Source: Trichoplax sp. H2
Taxonomy: Eukaryota
Direction of reading: 5' to 3'
DNA length: 64,000 nucleotides
NCBI GenBank assembly: GCA_003344405.1
Contig: NOWV01000010.1
Coordinates: forward strand, 372,001-436,000
Positions 38,697-52,856 of this stretch are shown piece after piece. How positions within the stretch are numbered: position 1 is the stretch's first letter; each line of letters starts with the position of its first letter. Under the pieces are notes generated by a model that did not search any database, had not been told where the DNA came from, and saw nothing but the letters and a program-made list of their open reading frames with translations. The translations under genes were made by a program, and so were the position numbers.

Positions 38697-41600
38697 TCAC
38701 GTACCGATTTGATCACAATTTTCTATTAAAAAACCTCGATTTATAACTGCTTCTATAATAGCATCGCCATGGTTATAGATATCAATTTCAAACAAAAATC
38801 GTTTGCTTTGTAATTGATTTTCGATCTCTTTTACATATTCAGGTGTGATAGAATGCCTAACCGATAGAGTACCGCGCGATAGTACTGAACATATATCGAA
38901 AGTAGACTGAGTATCGTTAGGTGGATAATTTCCAGCCATGCGATAATCACGATCAGTATTTGTAATCGGAATAAAGAATGCATCTATTGCTATATTCCTA
39001 TTTAAACTTAACAAAGTTAAAATCCAATACTCATCAATAGCATCATAACGATCTGAGTTAATGGCGATAGGTATAGCCATTTCACCAGGAATCGAAATAT
39101 CTTTATTAATTTTAAGGCCATAAAGGCGTTCGTGCGCACCTTGTGGACTCTCCTGTTAAACATAAATAGTAATTTTATTATAAACAGATTAGTGTACCCG
39201 GACATATATAAATACGCCAGCGAAAAAGTACGGTACATTTTTTTGTGCAGTAGTTTTAAAGATTATACCCGTTCATTGGAGTGGAACGGGCCTTATGAAA
39301 ATCAATCTTCCAGAACCTTCTCACAGTACGTTACTTCTACAGTAGTTTTAAAATACATTACTGGACCATATTACTGTTACTTAAGGAAAAAGACTATAAA
39401 TGCGGAAGGATACAATTACTTCATATAATATAGATGGATGTTTAGTTAACAATTTAATATTATTTATTTGTTTATAGCACGATCATTCCTACTGATATAC
39501 GTAAAACAATTTGTATTACCTCCGAAATACAGTCGCCGACATCGTCTCTTTTTTGGCTATATATTCCACTATCGTGCGAATATACTATGCTAGTATTGAT
39601 CGGCGGATTATGGAGTATCGTCGACGAAGATAACTTCTTTCCGTCATTTAAATTACATACTACAAGGTGAGATACAATAGCCTGCATTTTAAATCGCTCT
39701 GATTGCCGGTAGTGTATCTCTTTCGCTCGCTTAGCAACTACTTTTGCTGTTGTAATCTAAATCAAAAAAACATTGCACTTAAGGTCATGAATAAAAGCTA
39801 GGTATTGCAACAATAAATATATGCTTAACAATGAGACGTACATCTATGTCATTGCCATCAAATGCTGACATGATATTTTGCAAATCAATTGGACAAGGTG
39901 GATAACAGTAATATCCTCCGTAGCAAGCATGAGAAAGGATTTCCTTGGCTTCATCAGACAAACACCATCTAAGCAGTTGTTGATATACAATACAATCGCC
40001 AAACACGGGATCCTTTACACTTGTGGATACTGCACTTCTAACGCATAGCTTTCATATTTCATGATTAATCAATCAATTCCAATATATATGAATGATCAAA
40101 GTTATCAACACTGTATGATAAATAGTACATGTAGATCTTGTTATTGTGATTGTAAGGTATCAATTACCTGCGAATAAATAGTAGTGGATAAGTGCAAGTA
40201 GCGAACACTTGCGGAATTTCTTAAGGTGTGATGCACCATAACACTTGAACATATTAGTATTTTGCCTTAATTAGAATAGTAAAATATGTCCCTTATTAGT
40301 TACTAATCAACATCAATTCGTATTATTTTATTTCGCATCTAGCAGACCTATCTCAATTTCTCTTATCATTTCCGGTTGTGACAGAGCGTAAATTCTCACA
40401 ATAATTGGCCAGTTGCAAGAACCGTCATATAAATGGATCCAAAATGATTCCGACATTTCTACTCATACACAACAATTGAAGTGCTATTAAAATATTTAAT
40501 CATGTAAAACTATATACGGTAACAACATGATTGCCTAATTGGTGATAATATAAATTTCGTAAATTTATTTGATAGAGTAGTTTTAATACATACAGTATAT
40601 ATAAAAATAAAAGCTTAGCTTGTACTAACAATGAGCCGTGTATACTATCCAACTTACCACCGGATTGATTAGATTTTCTACTCCAACGATACGGTCTGCC
40701 AACGTATGTAACCAAACCCATCACATCACATATACAATTACTTTTTAAATTTATAAGAGATACGCTGTTATGAAAATTATGGTACAGAGTCGGTAAATCA
40801 TTGTACAAGTTAATATCGCTCAATATAACAATTTCTCCTTTAGGATTAGAGGGGTTTACTGCAAATTCGAGTTGACTGATATCATCCAGTAATTCTAAGA
40901 ATGAAGAATTAATAGCAAGATGCTCTTAATTCGCACAGTGATTAGTATTTACTCAATCACAGATGTAATAAATGTTATCTTCATCTACTCCTTATTTCTC
41001 ATTCGTCAAGCCGATAATCACGTATTAATATATTATTTTGCTCTAAACTGATATAAAATCAATTAGAAATATGTACAGTATATAGTCGGCACTCATAAAT
41101 AAATGATATTAAGGAATGAATCTTTCCTAGGCTAATAAAACTGATAATTATTGTATAATCAATAAGTTAAGAAACGTTCACTATATTCTTACCATTGTCA
41201 GCTCTTGTAATATATTCATGTGCTGGACGAACTTTATAGCCGTTAACCAAAATAACATCGTCAACTTTCAATAGTTTAAAGTATTTAACGGCTACATTGC
41301 TCCATAAGCAAATCGACACGGCAGATGAGGCATCGGCAACAATAATCGTCATAACATACGGTAATTTATTTTTATCGCTAATTTTCCCGTAATGGCTGAG
41401 TCTTGATTTCTTGACAATTCTGCCAATAATTGGTGGATAAGACTTGTGTTTATCTCCTTTGGTTTCAAATAGTCTGGTGACATCTTCAATGTTAGCAACT
41501 TTTTTGGAAGTTTGAATTGCAGATGCTTCCGTCATTCTAACTGCAGAATTACCGACATATTCATCCCAGATGCTTCCATAATAGTCTACGTCATTCCACA

Positions 41601-42877
41601 TTGGCAAATAGTATCTAAATGGATTGGAATAGTTACTTTGCAAAATATATTACGTTGAATAGCAGATTATACACATTCTACAGTTCCATACACTTAAACA
41701 AGCTAGGAATAACAATTTATAGTATAGGTATACTATCATATACAAAAATTGTACAGTTATAATTTTCGAGTAAGAAAGGAATTCTAACTTACGGCAAAAA
41801 GTACACTTGCACCCTATCACATGCTATTAAAGACAATCTATAGCTATCATTGCTCGAACAAGTTATCTTGACCTCACCTACGTCTAGAAGCAAGTGGCAA
41901 AGAGTCAATCTCACGTTCTGAAGCTTCTGGGCCAAATCGCAATTCGTGTTCGAGATCAAGCGCAAAATCATTGGCAACAATCTGCAAATCTTCAATATAT
42001 ATATAAGGCTTGCCTCGAACATCAGCTTCATTGTATTTAATAGTCGTGCGTTGTATATCGACAACAGAGTGAGTTTGAAGTAATCCTTTGTGAATCATGG
42101 AGTTATACTTGTGTGAAAGAACAAATTTGGCCTTAAGTCTACCATCGCTTATAGTTAAATCGAATGTATCCAGTGGTAATTCATCGTCATCGGTATAGTT
42201 TTCATGATATGCAATATCTGTGAGGTATCTAAAATACATCGATAAATTGTATTATCACTACAAGCCGTACTAATTACTGTAGTTGAACATAGATTTAGTA
42301 TAATTGATTGAAAGAGTTGTAAGTATGAACCTGTAGACAGCAGTGGCTACGGTCTTGTATATATGTGGTCTACTGACTACGGGTAAAAGTGCAAACTACT
42401 ACTATTTTTCATCAATACATGCGATATACAGAACTGTCCCCTAGGTACAGTACACATCAACTGGTATCATAGCTGCAGCAATTGTACAGTGTACTGTACA
42501 CTCTCGTATAGTCCGTGAAATATGCTATCGATGGATAGAGCTTAAAGCAGCTACATTTCGCTAATACATCATTTAAGAAGTAAGACGCATCATTCCATTT
42601 AAGTTCTCTCTATCAAGGATCAACACTTGTCGGTTGTCCAGGATGGATTATATTATAGTTATTCGTGCATACGGAAGCGTGTGTGTTATTGTCCACTATC
42701 TTATTCAAATAGTCCAATTTATAATGTAATGGTTATTATGGAGTATGAAATTAGTCTGCCTCTTTGTTACCTTTCGATTTCCGTGACCACCGATACAAAC
42801 TTTGAGTTTGTATCTTGATTGGATGCATTGACCAAAATGTTACGTAGCGGAGTTAATCGCAATTGCTCGTCTTGCAT
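38697..42877 (-). CDS. RADX: RADX (CXorf57)-like multi-OB-fold ssDNA-binding protein, about 9 coding exons (start codon uncertain)
   Basis: Collinear with human RADX as remembered: VSVVTEIER|YLTD, FDLTISDG, YNE, YYLPMWNDVDYYGSIW, GRIVKKSRLSHYGK, VADASSAVSICLW, CICDVMGLVTYVGR, FWIHLYDGS...LSQPE, GGYYCYPPCP, EIHYRQSERF and LLSLNRNIAIDAFFIP. GT-AG exons join in frame. Confidence 0.88.
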
Positions 42878-43429
42878 AGGTCGCAACGTCGTATTCTCTT
42901 TAGCACCTGCTTCAATTTTAAAATTACACTGCACAAAATTGAGCAGATATTAACGGCAATGAAGATGGATGTCACCTACTGTAGGATTTGTTGTTCAACT
43001 AGTTTCTCTTGGCGATTTTAATCTTTCAACTGTAAATATTACTTCGTCTTGAAGATGGTGCAATCTAACTGTGGCAATCAATACGACAACACTAAATTGA
43101 AGTTGATGAATTCCTTACTCGTCCTTGCGTCCTGACGTCTGTATGATTCCTGTATACCATAAATGCATCCTTTGCCCGGTTATGAATTTCTGTCCGAAGA
43201 GTCGACCGACTACAACTACTGAACTCAAATTTTAGCGATTCTATTAGAACGGGCTCCTTATTCTTTTCAATCGATTGGAGTGTTTGCAGTTTCACTCTTG
43301 GCGTTTTTCTGACCCGTTTGTGTCGTTTTCAATAAGATTTCCTCCAATGTATTGACTTTGAGATATGTTGCAATTACTGATTTTCGCAGGTTGTTGAGCA
43401 GCATTATCTCGAGACGAAGGCGGGCACTT

Positions 43430-43688
43430 CAGTACTGTACTGTACCAGTACTGTACTGTACAGTACAGTACAAGTACAGTATGTCGTGAGTTGAATGTCA
43501 TTACACGTACAGTACAGTACAGTACTGTACCGTACAGTGTACAGTATTACAGTCGTAACAGTCTACGGTCTGTTGTACTGTAAAGTTCAGTACTGTAGCC
43601 TAAAAGGTACAGTACAGTATTGAGATGTCGTTCTACAGTACTGTACTGTACTGTACTGTACGGTACAGTACAAGATTTCGACTACAGG
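43430..43688. promoter_or_regulatory. CAGTA/TACTG pentamer cluster at the RADX-like gene 5' end
   Basis: cagtactgtactgtaccagtactgtactgtacagtacagtaca, gtacagtacagtacagtactgtaccgtacagtgtacagta and tacagtactgtactgtactgtactgtacggtacagtaca. Confidence 0.65.
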
Positions 43689-45515
43689 TAACGAGAACGA
43701 GAAGTTAGTTATTAAAGTGAATTAAGATTAAATCTTTCAGTAACTGCTGGAACCAAAGTAGTCGAACATTCAAGAAAAAGAAAGCAAACAACCAAGTTGA
43801 ACAGAGTATTTCCTGTACGTACATCAACTAGATTAGTAAAGCACTGTGCTGTACTACACAGTAGACATACTACATAGGGACTACCATACTAGAAATATTC
43901 CACTCGTCTGTAAAATCTTTTGCGTGTCCTTACTATAAATTACAGGTTGATACAATAGTAGTTTACGATTCTTCTGTCGAAAATTGTAGATTAATTGGTT
44001 TTTTGACGTCAATTGCAGCTTGCTCACCAAACTACTGTACCACCTATTTCCTTGTCAAAACTCTACCTCCCAGGGTCTACACTAATCACTTTGTATCAAA
44101 CTACTTGTATCTTGCTTATGTCAACAAAGAATCCGGTCAATCAACCGGCAGTTAATGGACAGTAACTGCGCAAAATGAATTGTCGCCCCTTCTGGACTGT
44201 GCATGACACTGCTAACACTACCGTCGATGTCAAAGGCTGAGTCAGTTCATTTGCTCAGTATTTGGTCCAATGCTGATGATCATCAGTACTACAGTATCTA
44301 ATTTAATAAAACTCTGAGAAATGAGCGGACAGCCAAGTAGCGTCAGTACAATGCTTTCTTGTAAGATAGTACCTACTTCTAAATTGACAACCACAGTACG
44401 ATCAGCGGGGCTGGAAAGATTACTAAGTTGCTAAGGATAAGATAAGTATGTGTAATTTACTGTAGTGTTTGCTTGCCAGACAGTGAGCTAATACAAATCG
44501 GTTGATAGTGCTACACTTCTGTTTTTGCCATTGCAGTCTGGCAGTTTTCCAGTTTAAATGGTAATTCATGTTGAGCACTTGCACAATGTTAATGAAGGGA
44601 GTATGCAGTAGAGTCTTCAGAAATTCGACCGTCCATTAATTAATTATAAGTCTATTGTACCGTATAAAGTCACGGCCCAATTACGTTAGATTAGTATATT
44701 CGTAACTATAGATCTGGTAGCTCGATTTACGGACTGTTACATCATGGGCTGTTATCAAAGGTACAGCCATGTCAAGTATTAGTTTAGTACCATTCTAGAA
44801 TTACTGTATTTGCTCGGTCTAACCGTATTCAATGAAAGAACTACCAAGGCCCTTCGGATACCATTGGTATAACGAGTCTACAAAATTCAATGCTGACTTG
44901 CTTATAAGCGAATTCCACTTTACTATAAACATTTATCGATAGTTTCATATCTTTAACTGTCGCTATTACTATATATCGAGGTGAGAGACTTGAACATTAC
45001 TCATGTAACTCATTTTCTATTCCAGGCTAGGCATTAATCGACCTGGACGGCCAGAAATTATGATTGCAATCTAGGCATGATTAAAAGATAGCTATCGAAT
45101 TGATTCCAATACCGGCAAAGCGAAAGCGAAGAAATAACTACAGTAGTTAGGCTGATTTGGTCATTGATATACCTATAGTAAAAGCGAAAACAAACCTGTA
45201 AAACATTGATTGAAGCAAAGATACTGTAGCACCGTATACAGCATGAAATATTGAAATTGGACAATTCAACTATACTTTAACGTACGTGTACAATAATCAA
45301 AGGTAATCTGTTCCATCAGGATATTTAGGTGTAACTATGATTACATATATAATATATATACGAGTATATATGATTAATGGTCTACTCGTAACGCATAAGT
45401 AATCGTAATGTAGCCATTACTAACATAATTAATTAACATATTTTTGTGAATTTAAATAACTAAATTAGCTAATGTACTCGAATATGCCATACAGGTTGTT
45501 GCACTAAAGCCAATA

Positions 45516-48216
45516 ATGATGGATAATAAAATTGCAACTCAATATTCCTCTAAGATAATGATAGCTAGTGTTGTTATTTTAGCCATAATTCAAGCATGTG
45601 CTGGAATTCATCCTTTTCCAGGTAACTTTTCTTCGTAATTTAAATATTTTTTAAAAGGATTGTATTATTCAACTCATAGCCTGACGTATGTGAACTGTAC
45701 GATTTATGATTGCAAGTAATTCTCTGTATCAAGAAAGCGTAGAATGATTACATGAAATTGATAGAGTTTTATACATTGTGCTAATGTAGGCTTAATTAAT
45801 GACGATTTCAGCAATATTTGTTGCGCAAATTCATTATAATTATGCTAGATAATACTCATGGTATGTTGATCTTAAATTTCTTCTTTTGTCCTTTCCATTT
45901 CAGGCACATTCACATCAACAGATAAGGTTTGCGATCCAGACCCTCGTCTAGGCTGTTTCTCTCATCAATCTCCTTTTGACCGTATTCTGGTTCCTCTGCC
46001 ACAATCTTCCAGGAAAATCGGTGTATTATTTTGGCTGTACACAAGATTTTGCAGTTATCAATCTATTCACTACAGTAATCCCTATTCAATCAGTCCATCC
46101 AATTTCAAGGGCAATAAGGATACGAAGATAATTGTCCACGGTTATTTGGACGACAGTTCAACATACTGGATGAACGATATGAAAGACAAGCTGCTGCAAT
46201 TGGATGATTTTAACGTTATCCTCGTTGACTGGAGTGGATCGCAGCTGCTGTTAGCTGGTTCTCGTGCTGATTATCTACTTTCAGTAGCTAATACGCGAAT
46301 TGTAGGGGCTCAAATTGGGGAATTAATTAAAGCCTTACCTGTTTCCAGAGAAAGAATACATATCATCGGTCACAGCTTGGGTGCTCATATTGCCAGCTAT
46401 GCAGGTAAGATAAACGGTAAAGTTGACTTGCAAGGATATATTACGAAAAGTCTCATCGATAGCTACACGCGGTGAAAGTGTTAATATACAGGACTGTAGA
46501 ATGTAGAATCTAACCAACTTTAAATTGTGGAACTTATTCATAAAATTGATTACACATTTAATGAATATACTACTGCCTGTTCAAGCTGTTCAAGCCAACT
46601 CATAAAAACATTTACTTAGTTTAAATTGAGATTGAAATAACATAAAACATTGAAGTACGATTATGCATACCGTACTGCAATCGTGGTATATGATTGGCTA
46701 TTATAATTTAAAATTAATTGGATACCCGTGCCGCTATTTTATTCCTGAATATAATTTTTTCATCGTTTATCTGCTTTAGCAAATCGAGCAGATTTAGTTG
46801 GTCGCATAACTGGACTTGACCCAGCTGCCCCGCTATTCCAGGATATGGTCACAGATATTCGATTGGATAAAACAGATGCTCTATTTGTTGACGTTATTCA
46901 TACCGATACCAACCCATTTATTGGAATTGATGGATTTGGAACTAAAAATCCATCCGGCCATATAGATTTTTGGCCAAACGGTGGAGAAAGCCAGCCTGGC
47001 TGCCTTAAGCCTTTACAAAAACAGCTAGAAACCAAGAAGATTCCAACGAAATTAGAGAAGAGAGATTTAGAAGAGACCCTAGAACTTACGCGCAATGTTG
47101 TATGCTGTGATCATAACCGAGCTCAGCAGTTATTTACTGAATCAATTGATAAGTCATGCTCGTTAATTGCCTACCCATGTAATAATTATCAAGACTTTCT
47201 TCACGGTAAATGTATGAAATGCAATGGAAAATGCGCCTCTATGGGATATCATGCAATCGATTATAGTCATATTCATTTCAAACAAAGACTATTTATTCTA
47301 ACAGATCCTGAAAAGCCTTACTGCGGTAAATAGAAGCTGAGTGTAAATCATTAACATGTAATTCTGTAAAAACAAGATACAGCATGGCTTTATTGCATCC
47401 ATTGTCATCCAAAGAAATAACGTGTTATTTCTAATCTTGTAGCTTATAATTATGCAATAAATATCGCTGAAAGTGTCGGTGAAAGTGAAGACGACTGGTT
47501 TCCAATGGCTCCGAAGATAATATTTTTAAAGATCTACGGTAATCTAGCTATTTCTGCAGATATCAAACTGGAAAGGTAATAGAGTTATTGCGATGTTCAA
47601 CAATTAATAATATCCGAATGAAGTCAATGATAACGTTCAAACACTATAGGAATATCCAAACTCTTACAATTTTTCCATTAAATGCGCATTCTTTTGATAG
47701 ATCAGTGCAAATAAAATCTAGCGACAAGCAATTTATTATTACTAGTAAAGAAAATCTTGGAGAAATCAAACGTATTGACGTTTGGCAAGATAATAATCCG
47801 TTAGGAATAAAGTGGTTTATTCATACGATTAATATAGTAGGGAATCAAGGGACAAAAACGTAAGATCATTTATCAACCTTTCATTTCTCTGTGCCCGCTA
47901 GCATGCTAAGCTATGTTTATGTGTTATTTATCATTAGTGTTATTTGAGATTCATTTCTTTTAGTATAGAAATGATAATGAAGTTTCTAGTAAAAACCTGT
48001 ATCATGTAGACACATAGGAATGACTATTTCTCCTTTATCCGTTGTTTATAACCCGTAGAGTAAAGTTGAACGATTTTGACCTAAGTTGTCATTAACGATA
48101 GCGTTACTAATTAATTGATTATCGTTCTTTTCGATAGGTATAAATTTTGCTTCAAAAATTGGAACAAAACCGATAAAGCAACCGCAGATGCTTTAGACAA
48201 AACGGTGAAATGCTAG
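45516..48216 (+). CDS. Secreted pancreatic-lipase-family enzyme 1 (6 exons, divergent PLAT domain)
   Basis: Signal peptide in exon 1 (..IMIASVVILAIIQACAG), CDPDPRLGCF, IVHGY, VDW, catalytic GHSLG, ITGLDPA, CDH, FVDVIHTD and GHIDFWPNGG..QPGC. TAG at 48214-48216. Confidence 0.93.
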
Positions 48217-50189
48217 ATATAAGTTATGATTGTAAATAGATGGACAAATATTTATACCATGAAGTCTTAGTTAATATGACCAAGCAAAGTTTAAAGAACA
48301 CGTTATTGATAACGTGGTAACATATTGGCCACTTCGACTAGATGATTAGTTAATAAATGAAACGCTACTTGAAAGTACGTGGACTCTTTGTAATAACATA
48401 CTGCATGATGTTTACCGGTCTATTTATTATGTGTGGTAAGATTGTAATATTACATTTATTTATTTGAACTTAATCGGTTAGTCTGAGTCAAAATTATTCT
48501 TGGTAGGAAATACTGGCGGTAATAAAAGTTTTTTAATGGTTTATTTCAAATTACTTCTATGTACAGCATCACTCCACTACTCTTGAATATTCCGTAATCG
48601 TACAATATAAATTCCATTAATGTCGATGCATAAATATACGACGCAACTTTTCTGAACATTGTAAGTAACCCCACCGGCAAGTAGTAATAAGCTCAATGGA
48701 ACATCTTCCGATATTCCATTTTTAATACAGCTCCACAGTCTATATAGTGAATACGAATTCTATTCTGTATATGAGGTACTTGATAGAAACATGTTTTCAC
48801 GAAGTTATAAATGCTTATAAAGCGACTTAAATATCTAATATTGCTCTTCGAACTTAGCGTTCGGGGTTAATAAAGAATGAGAGCACAATAATGTTATCAA
48901 TAACAGTAATATGTAAATGAAGATTCAGAAAGAGCCAAATATAGCAGTAGCTGCAATACTAATTTATAATTACCAAAAAAATACTTTAGACATAATATAA
49001 CTTCATCTAAGTATTTTAAGCAGTATCGCTGCCTATGAGTAGCATTGCTCAATGAAATATAGTAACTATTGTAAGGTATTCCATATGTAGCGTAGTTTTA
49101 TACAAAAAAATCCGTAATTACTTCCATTGATCAACTTCATAATAAGAATATATTTTTGTAATTTTGGAAAGGCTCATGAAATGAGTTAGATTCTATTCTT
49201 GCTCCACAATTGCATAGTAGTGTACGTATATAATGCTTGGATCTGACAATGAACCCCGTACTTTAATAAAAGCGTGATATGAGTCATGTTATTCATAAAG
49301 AGGATTTCAATACGTATTTCCACGATTCAAACTATACATTGTGACCCGCAATAAATAAAAAGAATCTTATTCTTCCGTGTACACCTTTTCAATCGCACGC
49401 TGAACAACCTTTACTAGGCTATACAAACATAAGTTTCGATTGCATACCTCCTAACCCAATCTCTATTACATCCATTAATCAACCTTTTCTACTATCCCTA
49501 TAAAACGTTGCTTAATTTATTATTGCGATCAGTACATTTTCCATGAATTATTTATGATAACTATTGTTTACCCGCTCAGCTAAGTCTACAAAAGTGTAAA
49601 CAAAATAGCCACTAATTAGGTAATCGTCTTAATCTCTCAGATGAAAAGATAAGATTCTTATTAAGGAATAACACCTGTTAATATCATGAGTAACGCTAAA
49701 AAAACGTAATCCAATCATCGTTATATTTAACCTTGCAAATCGAATGGCTAGTTCGAGAGAATCATAGCAGGTAGAACTGATTTTAAATCTAGATTAAAAA
49801 AATTTTATAAGTTGAAACTGCTGTAATGAAATTCCTTTAAAATTTCCCTGTGCATTTATCAAGTGTTACGCATCAGAAATTCCATTAACACCAAGGACGA
49901 CGAGTTCATGAACATTTAACTTAAGAGTGTATAAATTATGCGTAATAGCATAATAACTGCAATGTTAATAAGATTATCCAACTGTATGCAAATATTTAAT
50001 ATTAAGCCTCTAATTATCAAACATCGGTTGCTATTGTATTACGAGTTCAATTCAGTTTATCTAGATAATGTAAATAACTAATGGGAAATCTCTAATAACC
50101 ATAAACAGATCGCCTCTGTAACGTATAATAAGTGGCTACGGTACTTATTGAAGATCATTTATAGTTGTTAGTGCAAATCAGGGCACAAA

Positions 50190-52856
50190 ATGGCAAAAGC
50201 GGCAATCTATTTAGCTATCGTTGCATTTGCAACTGTTACAGCAATAAAAATTGAACCTAGAGGTACGATACTCTTAATTTCATATTTCTATATCTTACAT
50301 CCATAGACTTAAATTTCCTGAATACAAAGAGTGGTTGTAAATAGAATATCGGTTAATCGTTTCTTCTGCGAAATCGAATTTTATCCTAAATTTGCCATTA
50401 CTAAGGCAACCTATATACTTGTCTATACTATTTTCTTATTGTCTGGTTAATGAAATTTCATTTGTAGGGAGTTCAGTCTGTGATCCTGATCCTAAGTTAG
50501 GCTGTTACAGTAACGATCCTCCATTCGATCGATTTCTAATTCCATTACCACAAAGTTCTACAGACATTGGCACAAAATTTAGACTTTTTGTTCGTGGCGG
50601 AGTCGGTTATGATTACTTGGATTATAACTCTCCATCATCAATCAGCTCATCTTGGTTTAATGGCAACAAAGATACAAAAATTATCTGCCACGGCTTTTTA
50701 AATGATGGCGATACAAAATGGATGCACAATATGAAAGATGCCTTCTTAGCTAATGACGATGTCAACGTTATCATTGTTGATTGGGGTGGTGATGAATTAT
50801 TAACTGGTTCTCAGACTGGCTACTTAACTGCAACAGCCAATACAAGAGTTGTAGGCGATCAAATTGGCGAATTGATTAAAGCATTACCCACTCAACGTTC
50901 CAGAGTTCATATAGTAGGTCACAGTCTTGGTGCTCACATCGCTGGTTATGCAGGTATGACAATTACTTATTTATACAGCTATACAGTTTACTTTAAACAT
51001 GTCGAGAATCTTTACTTGAGAACTTTTAATTAATATCGAAAAGGTAGAATAGGTTAGTAAATTAAGAGTGTTAACTTTTAAAAATAGATGATGAAAATCT
51101 AGTTGAGGAATTTTAGAATGTATGGTTAGAATGTGCGTTTAAGTAAACGTTAAAATATGAATGTGCTGAAGCTATACGAGTATATTGTAGTAGTAAAAGT
51201 TGCTTTCAATTTGATAATACAGTAAAAATATTTAATTCCCTCTCATAACGAAAATTTGTAGTTTAAATCTTTGTGATCATTGATCATTGAGCATTCACTT
51301 AAATACAAAAATAAATATTCTGCTATTCAATTTCGCCACTAATAGGTGTACGCGCATCTGGAACTGGTCGCATTTCTGGTTTGGATCCTGCCGATCCTAA
51401 CTTTCAAGGACAGGCTAATGCTGTCAAACTGGATAAGAGCGATGCTTTATTTGTTGACGTAATACATACTGATGCTGATACTTTTACACTTGCTGATGGT
51501 CTCGGCACTAGTGATCGTTCTGGACATATTGATTTCTGGCCTAATGGTGGTAAAAGCCAGCCTGGCTGCGGTTTACTTAAACATGCAACTACGAAAGGTA
51601 TTGATCTATCTGAAGCAAAGGAAATACAACCTAGGGGAGGAATCGGCTGTGATCATAATCGTGTGCCTGCTTTGTACACTGAATCTATTACTAGCACTTG
51701 TGATTTCTTGGGTTATCCATGTGCCAACTATGATGACTTCAAGAACGGCAAATGCATGAGCTGCGGTGGTAAATGTGCTAGCATGGGATATAAAGCTGGC
51801 CTTTATAAAAATATTAATTTCGCTCAACAGCTTTACCTCAATACCAACTCTGGCAGTAAATACTGCAGTAAGGGAATATAGAGTAAATTATTATGTAGGA
51901 TTACCTATCAATGTGATATAGTTTAGAAAAGAGTACCACAATAAAATGCCAATTTCTACCCTACACTATGATCTCTAACGGAAAACTAATAATTAATATT
52001 GATAATCTGAATAATCAAAGAGATGATTGTAATTATTGTATCATGATGTTCTCTCTTGGTTTTATTTAGCCAATAGTTATATGGTTAAAGTAAAAACCGG
52101 CGATGTTTCCTATGCTGGTACTGGTGCTGATGTTTATATCCGTATCTACGGTTCTGCCGGAATCTCACATGACACTAAACTTAGGTAAAAGAAAAATGCT
52201 TAGATGCAGTCCCTCCCAATTGCCGTGACTATACATACTACTAATTACCACCCATCATCACTATCAGTCTAATAAGCGTAAATAATTGCTATGGATCAAT
52301 CTTTTTCTAAATGCTTGAAGTGTAATAAAGGCTACTAAGTTATGATCTGTGATTAGATATTAGACTGCACAATGATAAAAAGCTTAATCAAGACTACAGA
52401 ATAATATTGATCCTCAAAATAGTGAAATATCAATAGCCAAGAAATGCGATGCTAACAACTGTAATCTTTTTCTTGATTTTATAGCGGTGATTTTGAAAGA
52501 AATGATGAAGATGTTACTATCATTAATAGTGATACTTACTTGGGTAACATCTATCGAATCGCTATCTGGCATGACGACAGCGGTTTATTGAGTGGATGGT
52601 ACTTGCAGAGCGTTGTTGTACAAGGAGGCGGATCATCAAGGTGAAATAGGATAGGAGCTAAAATTACATTTAATTCTACTGATGACCAAGCAACAATACA
52701 TACCCGTAGCAAGGCGTACTGTACTAATCAGTAGTATTGTAAACTAATTGAACTATTTATTACTCCTGTCATTATTTTAGCTACCTCTTCTGCTATCGAG
52801 GCTGGCTTGAAGATTCTCCTAACACAAAATACTTAACCCCTGTTTCTTCCTGTTAA
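50190..52856 (+). CDS. Secreted pancreatic-lipase-family enzyme 2 (6 exons, canonical PLAT/LH2 domain)
   Basis: MAKAAIYLAIVAFATVTA signal peptide; GHSLG, ISGLDPA and CDH triad; PLAT VKTGDVSYAGTGADVYIRIYG...FER...LGNI..I.IWHDDSG..SGWYL...FCYRGWL. TAA at 52854-52856. Confidence 0.95.

Noticed and set aside
39361-39413. U12-like 5' site GTATCCTT with a nearby TTTCCTTAAG branch-like motif on the minus strand of the RADX-like gene
   Set aside because: It lies inside a GT-AG intron (39153-39519) whose flanking exons already join in frame. The implied intron would be only 40-53 nt, with no plausible flanking exons.
43680-44400. Splice-like signals on the plus strand after the RADX promoter (possible divergent transcript)
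   Set aside because: Only isolated donor and acceptor matches and very short ORFs. It is not distinguishable from chance without RNA data.
48550-49400. Possible decayed coding sequence between lipases 1 and 2
   Set aside because: Some long stop-poor stretches occur on the minus strand, but I could not name any family motif.
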